Program-made: the position numbers and the translations under genes
Shown here: one piece after another, positions 32,403 to 42,267 of the stretch
How the letters are laid out: every line of letters begins with the position of its first letter
How positions within the stretch are numbered: position 1 is the first letter of the stretch
Notes under the pieces: model-generated
Told to the model about the DNA's origin: nothing
Databases searched by the model: none
Seen by the model: only the letters and a program-made list of their open reading frames with translations
NCBI GenBank assembly: GCA_965220815.1
Contig: OZ244846.1
Location: 2,244,353-2,308,352 of the forward strand
Direction of reading: 5' to 3'
Length of the DNA: 64,000 nucleotides
DNA from: Gammaproteobacteria bacterium
GTDB taxonomy: Bacteria > Pseudomonadota > Gammaproteobacteria > Eutrophobiales > Eutrophobiaceae

Positions 32403-34440
32403 CCCGGCGTTCCACCAGGGTCATAACGTCGTACAGCGCCACGGTCTTGTCATCCTGGTTGATGATCTCCACCGCCCACCTCACTACCCCCGTGGCCCGG
32501 GCGTCGTCGGGGCGCTTGTCTTTTTTGATCTTCTGTTTCACCACGATTTTTGTCCGGATCGTATCGCCGATGCCCACCGGTTCGATAAAGCGCAGGTTTT
32601 CCAGGCCGTAGTTGGCCAGGACAGGTCCGGGCGCCGGGTCCACGAACATGCCGGCAGCCGCGGAGATCAGGAAATACCCGTGCGCGACCCGTTTGCCGAA
32701 CAACGAATCCGCCGCGGCGGTCTCATCGAAATGCGCATAGAAAAAATCACCGGTCAGGCAACCGAAGTTGACGATATCCGCCTCGGTTACGGTGCGCCGG
32801 TAGCTCTCATGGGTCTCGCCGATCTGCAGCTCTTCAAAGTATTTGCGGAACGGGTGCACCTCGTCCGTCAGCGGCGCCGCGCCCTGGTGGTATTCGCCCG
32901 TGAGGCGCATCAGGGTAGTCGGTGATCCCTGGATCGCAGTGCGCTGCATGTAGTGTTTGATGGCCCGCTCACCCCCCAGTTCCTCACCGCCGCCGGCCCG
33001 TCCGGGTCCGCCGTGGACCAGCGCCGGCAGGGGCGAGCCGTGGCCGGTGGATTCTGCCGCACAGTCCCGGTTGATGACCAGCAGACGGCCGTGCCAGGCT
33101 GCCGTGCCGAGGACGACCTGCCGCGCCTCCGCATCATCAGAGGTAAACACCGAGCCTACCAGGCTGCCCTTGCCTTTTTTTGCCAGTTCGATGGCCTCGT
33201 CCGTATTGCGGTAGGGTATGACCGTGCAGACCGGTCCGAACGCTTCAATGTCATGGGGTTCGGCAGCGGTCAGGGGTTGGTCGCAATACAACAGGGTAGA
33301 TGGGAAAAACGCCCCCTTGTCCCTGTCCCCGCCCCGGGTTTCGAACTCCCGGGAGCCGCCGTACAGGATTTCACAGGAACCGACCAGCCGGTTCACGTTT
33401 TCCCACACGTCCTCCATCTGCGCCCGGCCCACCAGGGGCCCCATTTTAACGCCATCCACCGAGGGGTCGCCCAGGGGGAGCCTGTCCAGCCTTTGCTTCA
33501 AAGCGGCAACAACCGCATCAACTCTGTGCGCGGGTACAATGGCGCGCCGGATTGCCGTGCATTTCTGCCCGGCCTTCACCGTCATCTCGCGGGCCACTTC
33601 CCGGATGAACAGGTTGAACTCGTCAGAGTCCGGCTCTACCGTCTCACCCAATAGCGACAGGTTCAGGGAATCCGCCTCCATGTTGAAGGGGATGGAATTT
33701 GCCGTCACGCCCGGATGGGATTTCAGTTTCCGTCCGGTGCTCGCCGACCCGGTAAAGGTGACCACGTCCTGCTCCATGAGGTGGTCGAACAGGTCGCCAG
33801 TGCGGCCGCAGAGCAACTGGAACGACCCTTCCGGCAGCAGGCCGGAACTGATGATTTCCCGCGCCATTTTCTCGGTCAGGTACGAGGAAACGGTAGCCGG
33901 TTTCACCACCACGGGCATCCCCGCGCACAGGCTGGGCGCGATCTTCTCCAGCATGCCCCAGCAGGGGAAATTAAACGCGTTGATATGGACGGCGACGCCT
34001 TCCCTGGGTACCAGGATATGCCGGCCGGTAAACGTCCCTTCCTTCGACAGGCGCTCCTGCTCGCCTTCCACCAGGAAGGTCTCGTTGGGGAATTCGCGCC
34101 GCACCAGGCTGCTGTAACTGAACAGCGTGCCGATGCCGCCTTCTATGTCGATCCAGCTGTCGGAATGGGTCGCTCCGGTCCAGGCCGATATTTCGTAGAA
34201 TTCCTCCTTGCGTTCCATCAGGTATTGCGCCAGCGCCTTCAGGCGCAGGGCGCGCTCATGGAACGTCATCCCGCGCAGCGCAGGACCACCGGTTTCCCGG
34301 GCATGGCGCAGGACGGCCCCGAAATCCACTCCGTCACTGGAAACGGTGCCTATGAAATCGCCGTTTACCGCATTCACGACCCGGGCGCCCTCGCTTTGCC
34401 CGCTGAACCATTCGCCTGTCACATAACTTTGTATTTTCAT
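32395..34440 (-). CDS. paaZ: Bifunctional PaaZ (oxepin-CoA hydrolase / 3-oxo-5,6-dehydrosuberyl-CoA semialdehyde dehydrogenase: N-terminal ALDH + C-terminal MaoC hotdog)
   Basis: 681 aa. The ALDH catalytic region (…TGS..TG…, …AGQKCTA…) is followed by the MaoC-like dehydratase fold. Confidence 0.85.
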   Translation of the reverse strand: MKIQSYVTGEWFSGQSEGARVVNAVNGDFIGTVSSDGVDFGAVLRHARETGGPALRGMTFHERALRLKALAQYLMERKEEFYEISAWTGATHSDSWIDIEGGIGTLFSYSSLVRREFPNETFLVEGEQERLSKEGTFTGRHILVPREGVAVHINAFNFPCWGMLEKIAPSLCAGMPVVVKPATVSSYLTEKMAREIISSGLLPEGSFQLLCGRTGDLFDHLMEQDVVTFTGSASTGRKLKSHPGVTANSIPFNMEADSLNLSLLGETVEPDSDEFNLFIREVAREMTVKAGQKCTAIRRAIVPAHRVDAVVAALKQRLDRLPLGDPSVDGVKMGPLVGRAQMEDVWENVNRLVGSCEILYGGSREFETRGGDRDKGAFFPSTLLYCDQPLTAAEPHDIEAFGPVCTVIPYRNTDEAIELAKKGKGSLVGSVFTSDDAEARQVVLGTAAWHGRLLVINRDCAAESTGHGSPLPALVHGGPGRAGGGEELGGERAIKHYMQRTAIQGSPTTLMRLTGEYHQGAAPLTDEVHPFRKYFEELQIGETHESYRRTVTEADIVNFGCLTGDFFYAHFDETAAADSLFGKRVAHGYFLISAAAGMFVDPAPGPVLANYGLENLRFIEPVGIGDTIRTKIVVKQKIKKDKRPDDARATGVVRWAVEIINQDDKTVALYDVMTLVERRGD

Positions 34441-34569
34441 TTCTCGATGTATCCGTTATAACATTTCATTAACCGGTTCCCGTTCATTATCTTTTAAGAT
34501 ATGATACGGAAATTGGATAATATCAGAAATTTCTGTAATAGTTTAAAACTGCCATTAAAGGTGCACAGT

Positions 34570-35871
34570 ATGACAGAGCAGGGGACATTTGACACCCTGG
34601 AGCCCATTGAAAAAGCCGGCATCGATGAGTTGCGCAACCTGCAACTGCAACGGCTGAAGTGGAGCCTGGAACACGCCTACGCCAACGTTGAAAGCTACCG
34701 GAAGAAATTTGACGCTGCCGGCGTCCATCCGTCAGACCTGAAGGAACTTGCCGACTTGTCCAAATTCCCGTTTACCGACAAGCATGACATGCGCGATAAC
34801 TACCCGTTCGGCATGTTTGCGGTGCCCATGGACGACGTGGTGCGCATACACGCCTCCAGCGGCACCACCGGCAAACCGGTGGTGGTGGGCTATACCCGCA
34901 ATGACATCGAGGTCTGGAGCCGCGTCGTGGCCCGCTCTATCCGGGCGGCCGGCGGCACTCATAAAGACAAGATACACGTGGCGTACGGCTACGGCCTGTT
35001 CACCGGCGGCCTGGGCGCCCATTACGGCGGCGAACTGATGGGTTGCACCGTCATACCCATGTCCGGCGGCCAGACGGAAAAACAGGCGCAACTCATACAG
35101 GACTTCGACCCCGACATCATCATGTTGACGCCGTCATACATGCTCAGTATCGCCGACGAACTGGAGCGCCAGGGCGTCGATTGCCGCAAGCTCAGGTTGC
35201 GAGTGGGGATCTTCGGCGCCGAACCCTGGACGGATTCCATGCGCGCCAACCTGGAACAGAGGCTGGACATCGACGCGGTGGACATATACGGTCTGTCCGA
35301 GGTCATGGGGCCCGGCGTTGCCCAGGAATGCGTGGAGACGAAGGATGGCCCCACCGTCTGGGAGGACCACTTCTACCCGGAAATCATCGACCCGGACACG
35401 GGAAAGGTATTGCCGGACGGGAAGGAGGGTGAACTGGTGTTCACCAGCCTCACCAAGGAAGCCCTGCCCGTAGTGCGCTACCGCACCCGGGACCTGACCC
35501 GGCTGCTGCCGGGAACCGCGCGCACCATGCGCCGCATGGGCAAGATCACCGGCCGCAGTGACGACATGCTGATCATCCGCGGCGTAAACGTGTTCCCCAC
35601 CCAGGTGGAAGAGCAGGTCCTCAAGGTCCCCGGCCTTGCTCCCCACTACCAGATCGAGGTCACCCGCAGCGGCAACCTGGACGAAATGAGCGTCAACGTG
35701 GAACTAGCCCCTGACGCCGATGCGATGGCGAAGCAGCCGGCGGCTGCCGCACTGCAGAAACACATCAAGGACCTGATCGGCGTCTCGGCAAGGGTCAACG
35801 TTCACGAAGAGGGCGGCGTGGCGCGCTCGGAAGGGAAGGCAAAACGCGTGATCGACAGGCGGAAGTTGTGA
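34570..35871 (+). CDS. paaK: Phenylacetate-CoA ligase
   Basis: Full-length PaaK similarity (SSGTTGKP AMP-binding motif, characteristic C-terminal domain). Start at the internal ATG (MTEQGTFDTLEP…). Confidence 0.9.
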   Translation: MTEQGTFDTLEPIEKAGIDELRNLQLQRLKWSLEHAYANVESYRKKFDAAGVHPSDLKELADLSKFPFTDKHDMRDNYPFGMFAVPMDDVVRIHASSGTTGKPVVVGYTRNDIEVWSRVVARSIRAAGGTHKDKIHVAYGYGLFTGGLGAHYGGELMGCTVIPMSGGQTEKQAQLIQDFDPDIIMLTPSYMLSIADELERQGVDCRKLRLRVGIFGAEPWTDSMRANLEQRLDIDAVDIYGLSEVMGPGVAQECVETKDGPTVWEDHFYPEIIDPDTGKVLPDGKEGELVFTSLTKEALPVVRYRTRDLTRLLPGTARTMRRMGKITGRSDDMLIIRGVNVFPTQVEEQVLKVPGLAPHYQIEVTRSGNLDEMSVNVELAPDADAMAKQPAAAALQKHIKDLIGVSARVNVHEEGGVARSEGKAKRVIDRRKL

Positions 35872-36007
35872 CCGCGCTTTTTATCAAGCCGGCTTTGGGT
35901 TATTTTGAACGCTCTGTTTGGAACTCGAAAAACCTTGACTTGCAACCGACAATACCCTTATTATGGTTCTCACTTAATATGTGAAATATAAGCCTGGGAA
36001 GATAAGT

Positions 36008-36259
36008 ATGAATATTACGCTGAGTATTGACGAGGAAATCATGAAGAAAGTGCGCAAGATAGCCATTGACAAGAATACGACGTTGACAGCTATGGTGCGA
36101 GACTACCTGACTGCCGTCGCAAAAAGCGATGCCGGCGTCAAACAGGAGCGTATTGCCGCGCTCAGAGAATCAATCAGGCGGCATGGCCGCGACCTCGGCC
36201 CGCGCACTTGGACCAGGGATGACCTCTATGAAGACCGACTTGGCCGCTATAACCGATAA
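36008..36259 (+). CDS. Ribbon-helix-helix antitoxin (VapB/CopG-like)
   Basis: MNITLSIDEEIMKKVRKIAIDKNTTLTAMVRDYL is an RHH beta-strand + helix pattern. Overlaps the downstream PIN gene. Confidence 0.6.
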   Translation: MNITLSIDEEIMKKVRKIAIDKNTTLTAMVRDYLTAVAKSDAGVKQERIAALRESIRRHGRDLGPRTWTRDDLYEDRLGRYNR

Positions 36260-36671
36260 GGTATTTTTCGATACCAATATCCTCGTCTATGCGTACGACC
36301 GGCAAGATCCGGTCAAACAGGAACGGGCCTTCAATATCCTTGCTGATGCTATCAGCAATGAGAATGGTGTCGTATCAGCACAGGTCCTGGGCGAATTTTA
36401 CAATGCAACTACCCGGCGTACTTCCAACCCGCTCCCAGAAGAAGTAGTGAGGGAAGCAATATCCCTGTTTGCTACCTTGCCGGTTATAGACATTGACCTC
36501 GCACTGGTGCAACGGGCGGTGGGCACCTGCAGCCGCTACCGGATTTCCTACTGGGACTCCTTGATCATAGCTGCCGCGGAAAAAGCAGGCTGTACGCGGA
36601 TTTACTCGGAGGATTTCAATACGGGCCAAACCTATCACGACATCCTTGTCGTCAATCCCTTTCAGTCCTGA
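36228..36671 (+). CDS. vapC: VapC-type PIN-domain toxin
   Basis: VFFDTNILVYAYD… with the PIN acidic quartet pattern. 147 aa from the ATG at 36228. Confidence 0.75.
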   Translation: MKTDLAAITDKVFFDTNILVYAYDRQDPVKQERAFNILADAISNENGVVSAQVLGEFYNATTRRTSNPLPEEVVREAISLFATLPVIDIDLALVQRAVGTCSRYRISYWDSLIIAAAEKAGCTRIYSEDFNTGQTYHDILVVNPFQS

Positions 36672-36834
36672 CCCGGAATCGGAAAATAGCAGAATTAGAA
36701 ACTGTGCTCCATCCGTTCAAACGCTTCATGTTAGACTGACCCCAGCATTCAAATTTGAAAGATAAAGTGATTAGAAATAAATAGTTACAGGTTTTTCATC
36801 CTGATAATTTCAGATCGCTAACGCGGCACTGCCG

Positions 36835-37047
36835 TCAGGATTCGTTTTTGGCGTCAGTGCTGCGTGCGGTGACGATTTTGGATAAGGCATCAGGGTATTC
36901 CACCCAAAGAGAATATTCCGGCAAGGTCATGCCGAGGAAATCGTAAATTGACTTGTTACTATTGCCTTGGTGCCACCGCTCGATATAGGTATCTATATCG
37001 GTAAGCCGGGCGGTCCCGGAAAGGTAATCTTGAATGAAATCAGACAC
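36835..37047 (-). CDS. Hypothetical small protein, 70 aa
   Basis: ORF 8 nt downstream of the MORN gene stop. No family assignment. Confidence 0.3.
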   Translation of the reverse strand: MSDFIQDYLSGTARLTDIDTYIERWHQGNSNKSIYDFLGMTLPEYSLWVEYPDALSKIVTARSTDAKNES

Positions 37048-37055
37048 GGATTTTC

Positions 37056-38582
37056 CTACTGGTATTCCCTGTCATAAACCATTCCGCCTACATAAGTAAC
37101 AGTTGCCGATACAGCGCCATCGGCAGAACGGGAGACCCATTGACCGCTCTTCTTGCCGTCCACGTAAAGACCTTCAAATACACCGCCATCATCGTAGCGG
37201 AAGACCCACTCACCGCTCTTCTTGCCCTCTACATAGGAGCCTTCCTCCACATGGGCGGAGGTGCGGAGGGTCCACTGGCCGTGCCGCTTGCCATCCATAT
37301 AAGGGCCTTCGGATACGCTGCCATCAGTGTAGCGAATGACCCACTGACCCTGCCGCTTGCCGTCCACGTGGGGCCCTTCCGCTACAATGACGCTGGCAGA
37401 TGAGCGCATCCCACCGAGATGCATGGCGTCCACGTAGCGGTCGTTCTCCACAGTGCCATCGGCGTAACGAATGATCCCCTGGCCTTGTGGCATGCCGTCC
37501 ACGTAGAAGCGTTCGTATACATTTCCATCGGCGTAACGGAAGTTCCAATGGCCGTGCCGTTCGTCGTCCACGAAGGAGCCTTCCTCCACATTTCCATTGG
37601 CATGACGGAAGATCCACTGGCCGTTCCGCTTGCCCCCCACATAGGAGCCTCTCGCTATACTGCCCTCGAAGGTGCGATGGGTCCACTGGCCGTGCATCTC
37701 GCCGTTCACATAAGAGCCTCCCCCATCCTCGCCATCGGCAAAGCGAATCAGCCAATGACCATGCTTAATGCCGTTCACGTAGGGGCCTTCCTCCACATCG
37801 CCATTGGCATGGCGAATCACCCAATGACCGTGCTGTTTGCCGTCCACGAAGGAGCCTCCCCCCACATCGCCACTGGCATAGCGAATGACCCACTGACCGT
37901 GTTCCTTGCCGTCCAAGTAGGAGCCTTCGAGTACAGCAGCGTCATCAGCAAGGCGAATCACCCACGGACCGTGCTGTTTGCCGTCCACGAAGGAACCTTC
38001 ATACACAACAGCGTCATCGACGGAGCGCATGATCCAGCGGCCGTGCCGCTTGCCGCCCTTAAACTGCCCTGTGTTTGTGTTCTTTGTCTCTCCATCACCT
38101 TTCAAATCCCAGGTATCCTCACCCATTCCTTCCGCCAGTCCGTTGGCACATCTGCCGCTCCATGTGACGGTTGAGTTGGCTATCAGACTGGGGTTCCAGA
38201 TATAACATCCGGTTGGGTCTTCCAACTCCATCCAGCATGCGCTGCCCTCCGGTTTGTCCGCGCACGTCATCTTGTCTTCCTGTAGCTTTTCTGCATCCGA
38301 TGGTGCGCCAATTCCGTTGCCCATCATGGCCGCAATTACGCTTTCCGCTATGCCCGCCTCCCGGAGCGCAACAAGCTGTTCTTCCGACATGTCAAAGTCG
38401 GTTCGACCGGACCGGATTATGGCGATGATGATTTCAGTCTCCAGCCCAGCCCGGTTCAAGCGCAGGATGTCCTCATTGGTGAGCGCCGCATCGTCGGCGC
38501 CAGGGGCCGGTGTGATAACAAGTATTAGAAGCCATACAGAAACCATTTGCCGGAAGAGGCTAGTCAGGGGCATCGTTTTCAT
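37056..38582 (-). CDS. Secreted MORN-repeat protein, about 15 tandem ~23-aa MORN-like units
   Basis: Signal peptide (MKTMPLTSLFRQMVSVWLLILVITPAPGA), then a Cys-containing N-terminal domain, then repeated G.Y.DGK.HG.WVIR.ADG…EG units. The start at 38582 forms an ATGA overlap with the upstream methyltransferase-like gene. Confidence 0.7.
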   Translation of the reverse strand: MKTMPLTSLFRQMVSVWLLILVITPAPGADDAALTNEDILRLNRAGLETEIIIAIIRSGRTDFDMSEEQLVALREAGIAESVIAAMMGNGIGAPSDAEKLQEDKMTCADKPEGSACWMELEDPTGCYIWNPSLIANSTVTWSGRCANGLAEGMGEDTWDLKGDGETKNTNTGQFKGGKRHGRWIMRSVDDAVVYEGSFVDGKQHGPWVIRLADDAAVLEGSYLDGKEHGQWVIRYASGDVGGGSFVDGKQHGHWVIRHANGDVEEGPYVNGIKHGHWLIRFADGEDGGGSYVNGEMHGQWTHRTFEGSIARGSYVGGKRNGQWIFRHANGNVEEGSFVDDERHGHWNFRYADGNVYERFYVDGMPQGQGIIRYADGTVENDRYVDAMHLGGMRSSASVIVAEGPHVDGKRQGQWVIRYTDGSVSEGPYMDGKRHGQWTLRTSAHVEEGSYVEGKKSGEWVFRYDDGGVFEGLYVDGKKSGQWVSRSADGAVSATVTYVGGMVYDREYQ

Positions 38583-39397
38583 CTCTGGCATTCCAGTTCC
38601 CAACCCATGCTGCCAGCCAATTCTGCGAGTTCCCGGTTCCGCCCTTTCACGAGTTTCGCCAAGTTATCAGAGAGCAGAACCCCACATCCCTTAAGGTCCT
38701 GGCTGGGCTTTGCCCCGCAGTCAGACCACAAAACCTGCCACGCCTCACATTGCGTGCGTTCCAGCAACTTCAGCGGCTTTGTAGGCCAGAAAAACGGATA
38801 CCAGGCCGCAAACGACTGATCTTGGCATTTCAGTTTTTTACATGTCTCAGCCAGGGAATTCCAATCCCTGTCCCTGGCTGCATTTGGAGAAAACGGAGGG
38901 TCGAGAAATGTCAAATCTTTGTCATTTTTATCGACGGCTCTTGTGAATCCATCATCTTGACAGAATGTCACTTCAACATTTTCGGGAACATATCCCCTTT
39001 TTTTCAGGTTGTACAAATCTTCATCACTATAATGGCATGCAACTTCCTCGCTGTTATCAAAGAGTGAAATCTGTACCCGTTTGAATCTTTTAGCAAGTAC
39101 ATTTGCTACGACCAGCCAACCGGACGGATATTTTTCCGGCGAATATTTTTTGACTATGTCCACATAAAAGTTGTCATTTGTTTCGCTATCAATTAAACAT
39201 TTGACGCCATGCTGCCATCCCCTGCCTTTGCTCAGGATATGAACAGGCGCGCCTGCGTGGCAATCAATATAGTGAATGGAATCTGAAGCCGAGGATAAAT
39301 TCCTTGCAATAATGGTCAGTATGAAATGTTTCCAGACATCACCCCTGTTTCCAGCTTTTTTGGAGTGATTGTAGCGTTTAACGTGGGAGTTGCCCAT
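38579..39397 (-). CDS. RlmJ/DUF519-family N6-adenine methyltransferase-like protein, 272 aa, divergent and low GC
   Basis: YNHSKKAGNRGDVWKHFIL matches RlmJ YRHSFHAGNHADVLKH. YIDCHAGAP matches YLDTHAGAG. FLDPPF matches IDPPYE (catalytic DPPY/F). AAWYPFF matches ALWYPV. Confidence 0.55.
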   Translation of the reverse strand: MGNSHVKRYNHSKKAGNRGDVWKHFILTIIARNLSSASDSIHYIDCHAGAPVHILSKGRGWQHGVKCLIDSETNDNFYVDIVKKYSPEKYPSGWLVVANVLAKRFKRVQISLFDNSEEVACHYSDEDLYNLKKRGYVPENVEVTFCQDDGFTRAVDKNDKDLTFLDPPFSPNAARDRDWNSLAETCKKLKCQDQSFAAWYPFFWPTKPLKLLERTQCEAWQVLWSDCGAKPSQDLKGCGVLLSDNLAKLVKGRNRELAELAGSMGWELECQR

Positions 39398-39421
39398 GAT
39401 CAGTATCAGTTGTGCTTCTGT

Positions 39422-39907
39422 TCAGTTGTGCTTCTCTAGCATCTCATTCAGCCAGGCTTTGGGGGGCTTGAGTTCTTTGCCTTTCAGCTTTAAAACCCCG
39501 TTCCGGACTACTTCAATTTCCAGGCGCTGCCTACCGTTTCTCCGGTAACTTCCGATCCAGCCCATCTGGCCAGAGTTGGGCAGGTCCGCCCAATTGCCAG
39601 CCATGCTTACGCCGTTATCCACTAAGACCCGGGTGAATGCCTTATGGTCGAATCGAATCGTACCGTTGTCCACGTAGTTAAACTGCCCTGCCAGTTTCTT
39701 TGCCAACCAGTCACTGTAGTAATTCGGGTTACGATACTCCTTAACTGCTTCCTTGATTGCATCCTCAATTACGGATTTTTTTAAAGCATACTCAACGTGT
39801 GCTTCCACTCTTTCCCAAACCTCGTCCGTGACTTCAATTCCACGCCAAATCTCATGGCCATTTGGCCATTCCTCTCTTTTTATTTCTACTTCGATGATTT
39901 TATTCAT
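39422..39907 (-). CDS. Hypothetical protein, 161 aa, first gene of the low-GC three-gene operon
   Basis: ORF with RBS-compatible spacing. No recognisable domain. GC content clearly below the window average. Confidence 0.4.
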   Translation of the reverse strand: MNKIIEVEIKREEWPNGHEIWRGIEVTDEVWERVEAHVEYALKKSVIEDAIKEAVKEYRNPNYYSDWLAKKLAGQFNYVDNGTIRFDHKAFTRVLVDNGVSMAGNWADLPNSGQMGWIGSYRRNGRQRLEIEVVRNGVLKLKGKELKPPKAWLNEMLEKHN

Positions 39908-39943
39908 CTTTAGGCTTTTGGCTCATCTGTGTGTGGACAAGGA

Positions 39944-40450
39944 CTAATACTCCGTCACACCCAGCTTGTCCTTGATTTTGACAATCAGTTCTTCGCGGCG
40001 ATGATGCATGTCGATCAGCGGTTCCTTGCGTAACTTTGCGATTTCCTCCGAGTCATAGGGCACGAACGGGTCGGGAAGTTCATTTTTGCTGAAATTCAGC
40101 AGCATCCAGTTCATCACGTCGGCCAGTTCCTGGTCCGAGATGGGGGCGCCGGCCGCGCCCGGGACCTGTACGATGAATTCCCTGCCGCCGGGCACGTGCA
40201 GGAAGTAACCGACGAAATCGTTCATCTTCGGTACGTTACCCTTGGAGCCGGACCCGTCCGGCAGGTGGCAGCCCTGGCAGTTCAGGATGTAGTTCTGGCG
40301 CGCAAGTATTTCATTGGCGCCGGTAGTTGCGCTGGCGCTTAACAGGATCAGGAGCAGGAATCCGGTGAATAATGTGTTGCCAAGGGTGGCATGTTTGTCT
40401 ACGTCCCTGTTCCTGGATACCGGCCATTCCCTGGCCGGTATGACGAACAA
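39944..40450 (-). CDS. Monoheme c-type cytochrome, periplasmic, candidate electron acceptor for the adjacent amine dehydrogenase
   Basis: A single CQGCH motif. The proposed TTG start at 40450 yields a signal peptide (…TLFTGFLLLILLSASATTGA). The track ORF extends further upstream into mauA. Confidence 0.6.
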   Translation of the reverse strand: MFVIPAREWPVSRNRDVDKHATLGNTLFTGFLLLILLSASATTGANEILARQNYILNCQGCHLPDGSGSKGNVPKMNDFVGYFLHVPGGREFIVQVPGAAGAPISDQELADVMNWMLLNFSKNELPDPFVPYDSEEIAKLRKEPLIDMHHRREELIVKIKDKLGVTEY

Positions 40451-40458
40451 GGCGTTCG

Positions 40459-40977
40459 TCACTTTATCGCCACGCCCAGGATGAGGTTCACGGTGCAGTG
40501 ATAAGCCGTGCTCTCCGTGCCCAGGCACCAGTTGTAATCATTGGAGGTATGGGGCCGGTAGGTGGGTCTGTCCCCTTCGTTCCTGTTGCAGAAGCAGTTG
40601 CCGCAGGACGTTTTGCCGCAGCAGTCGTTGTAGGAGATGATGTAATCCTTGCCGTCACCCGGGTTTTTGCAGGTGCCGATCCAGGTGATAGTCGACATCT
40701 CCGTGCCTGGCGGGCAACTGTTGATGGTGCCGCCGCAGCAGGAGCACAGGTAGCCGTCAATGGCGCAGTTGCGCCAGTATTCGCAGGTGGCCGGGTCTCC
40801 CGGGTCTACCGCGGGCGGGCTTGGTTGTTTCCCTTCCGCGGCGCGGGCGACCGGAAGCAGGGGCATGACCGATCCGCCTGCGATTACTGCGCCGAGTCCG
40901 CCCAGGAATCCCCTGCGGGAAGACGTCCTGGCTACGTTTCTGGTGAGGTTTTCCGTTAGTCTGTCCAACCAGTTCAT
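40459..40977 (-). CDS. mauA: Methylamine/aralkylamine dehydrogenase light (small, TTQ-bearing) subunit
   Basis: Tat-like signal (SSRRGFLGGLG), 12-Cys pattern, and close collinear similarity to the Paracoccus MADH light chain (CEYWRNCAIDGYLCSCCGGT.NSCPPGT … YNWCLGTE…YHC), including both TTQ tryptophan positions. Confidence 0.8.
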   Translation of the reverse strand: MNWLDRLTENLTRNVARTSSRRGFLGGLGAVIAGGSVMPLLPVARAAEGKQPSPPAVDPGDPATCEYWRNCAIDGYLCSCCGGTINSCPPGTEMSTITWIGTCKNPGDGKDYIISYNDCCGKTSCGNCFCNRNEGDRPTYRPHTSNDYNWCLGTESTAYHCTVNLILGVAIK

Positions 40978-40999
40978 ATTCTTTATCTCCCGCCGGCGC

Positions 41000-42160
41000 C
41001 TATTGCGAAGCATAGACCAGCAACGGCCAGTTATGGTAGAAATCGGCAATGGTGTTGAGGTGCTCGCCGGACCGGGCGTCATAGACTTCCAGGCTCATCT
41101 CAATGTTGGTGGTCACGATTTTCGGCGCATCGCCCATGGTGATGTCGAAAGCGATGGCCGGCAGCGTAAGCGGTATGCGCTGCACCCGCGTTTTACTGTC
41201 GGGATCGAATACCCAGATCTCCGAACCGGGGTAGTCATGGCTGCCTTCCTCGCCGTTTTCGTGCATCATCACGTAAAGTCGCCCGGTGCTGTCCGTCGCC
41301 GCCAGCCAGGCGCCGCCGGGGCGCCAGTTCTGCTCCCTGTCCTCATCGTTGAGCAGGCTCCATTGCTCACCGAGGTGGGCCGCGGCGCCGCTCAAGTCGA
41401 TTTCCTGCACCACGCCGTTGAAACTGGGAAAGTAACCCGTGCCGCCGATGATCGCCGGCCTTTCGAACAGGGCGTCCTCGTCGACGTCAAAGAACGGTTC
41501 AATCTTGCCCTGTTCGGTCACCTGGCCGTCTTCATCAAGCTGGAAACTGACCATGGAGCCGTTGCCGCACAAGGAACTGAACCCGCGTTTACCGGTGGGA
41601 TAAATGCCGGCGCAGGTCGGCAACGGGACGCCGTTGACGACCTCGCGTTTTTCCAGGTCGATCACGGTGACGAAGGTGCCGGGCGTGAAGCTGTAAAACA
41701 GCAGGAACCTTTCGTCGTCGATGAGCGAAATGACATACTTGCTGACCAGTATCTCCGCCCGTTTGAGTTTGGGATCGTCGAGGATGATTTCATCGACAGG
41801 CTGCAGGGTGGCCCTGTCGTAAATGGTCAAGACGTCGGTGCGGTTGCCGCGGGTGCCGCGGTCATAATAGTGCTCGAGCACGTACATTTCCGGTTTCTTC
41901 AGCGCCTGGGTAAAGGCCGCAATGAACCCGCCATTGAAACTTCCCTTGAAAAAATCCTTGATGTCCCCGCCGTTGATATCCAGCACCATGAAACGGCCCA
42001 CGGACATGTGATCGAAGGCGATGTCGTGGACGATGACCCAGTCGTTCGGGTAGGGAACAGGCAGGGTTTCGATCCTGCCCGGTTCATCAACCGGCAAATC
42101 CGCCAGGGCGGAATGTGTCATACCCAGAAACAGTATAAATCGCAGAAATTGTTTAAGCAT
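41000..42160 (-). CDS. mauB: Methylamine/aralkylamine dehydrogenase heavy subunit (7-bladed beta-propeller)
   Basis: Signal peptide and full-length similarity to the MauB/AauB family. Directly upstream of mauA with a 22-nt gap. Confidence 0.75.
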   Translation of the reverse strand: MLKQFLRFILFLGMTHSALADLPVDEPGRIETLPVPYPNDWVIVHDIAFDHMSVGRFMVLDINGGDIKDFFKGSFNGGFIAAFTQALKKPEMYVLEHYYDRGTRGNRTDVLTIYDRATLQPVDEIILDDPKLKRAEILVSKYVISLIDDERFLLFYSFTPGTFVTVIDLEKREVVNGVPLPTCAGIYPTGKRGFSSLCGNGSMVSFQLDEDGQVTEQGKIEPFFDVDEDALFERPAIIGGTGYFPSFNGVVQEIDLSGAAAHLGEQWSLLNDEDREQNWRPGGAWLAATDSTGRLYVMMHENGEEGSHDYPGSEIWVFDPDSKTRVQRIPLTLPAIAFDITMGDAPKIVTTNIEMSLEVYDARSGEHLNTIADFYHNWPLLVYASQ

Positions 42161-42267
42161 TATCGGATCTCAGTGGTAACAGGACAGACCTGATATATTA
42201 TACCCGTCTCTGTAATAATTGACGATAACCCTTTTTTCCTGAATTCAACAAACGCAAGGAGTCCGAA

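Noticed and set aside
34441-34569. Possible PaaX operator in the paaZ/paaK divergent promoter (TGATAC … TATCA)
   Set aside because: Only one good half-site with a partner at the wrong spacing (about 15 nt instead of about 27). Too weak to call.
37080-38050. Nucleotide-level periodicity that might be a CRISPR or satellite repeat
   Set aside because: It is coding periodicity of about 69 nt from the MORN repeats. Units diverge at synonymous positions and have no spacer structure.
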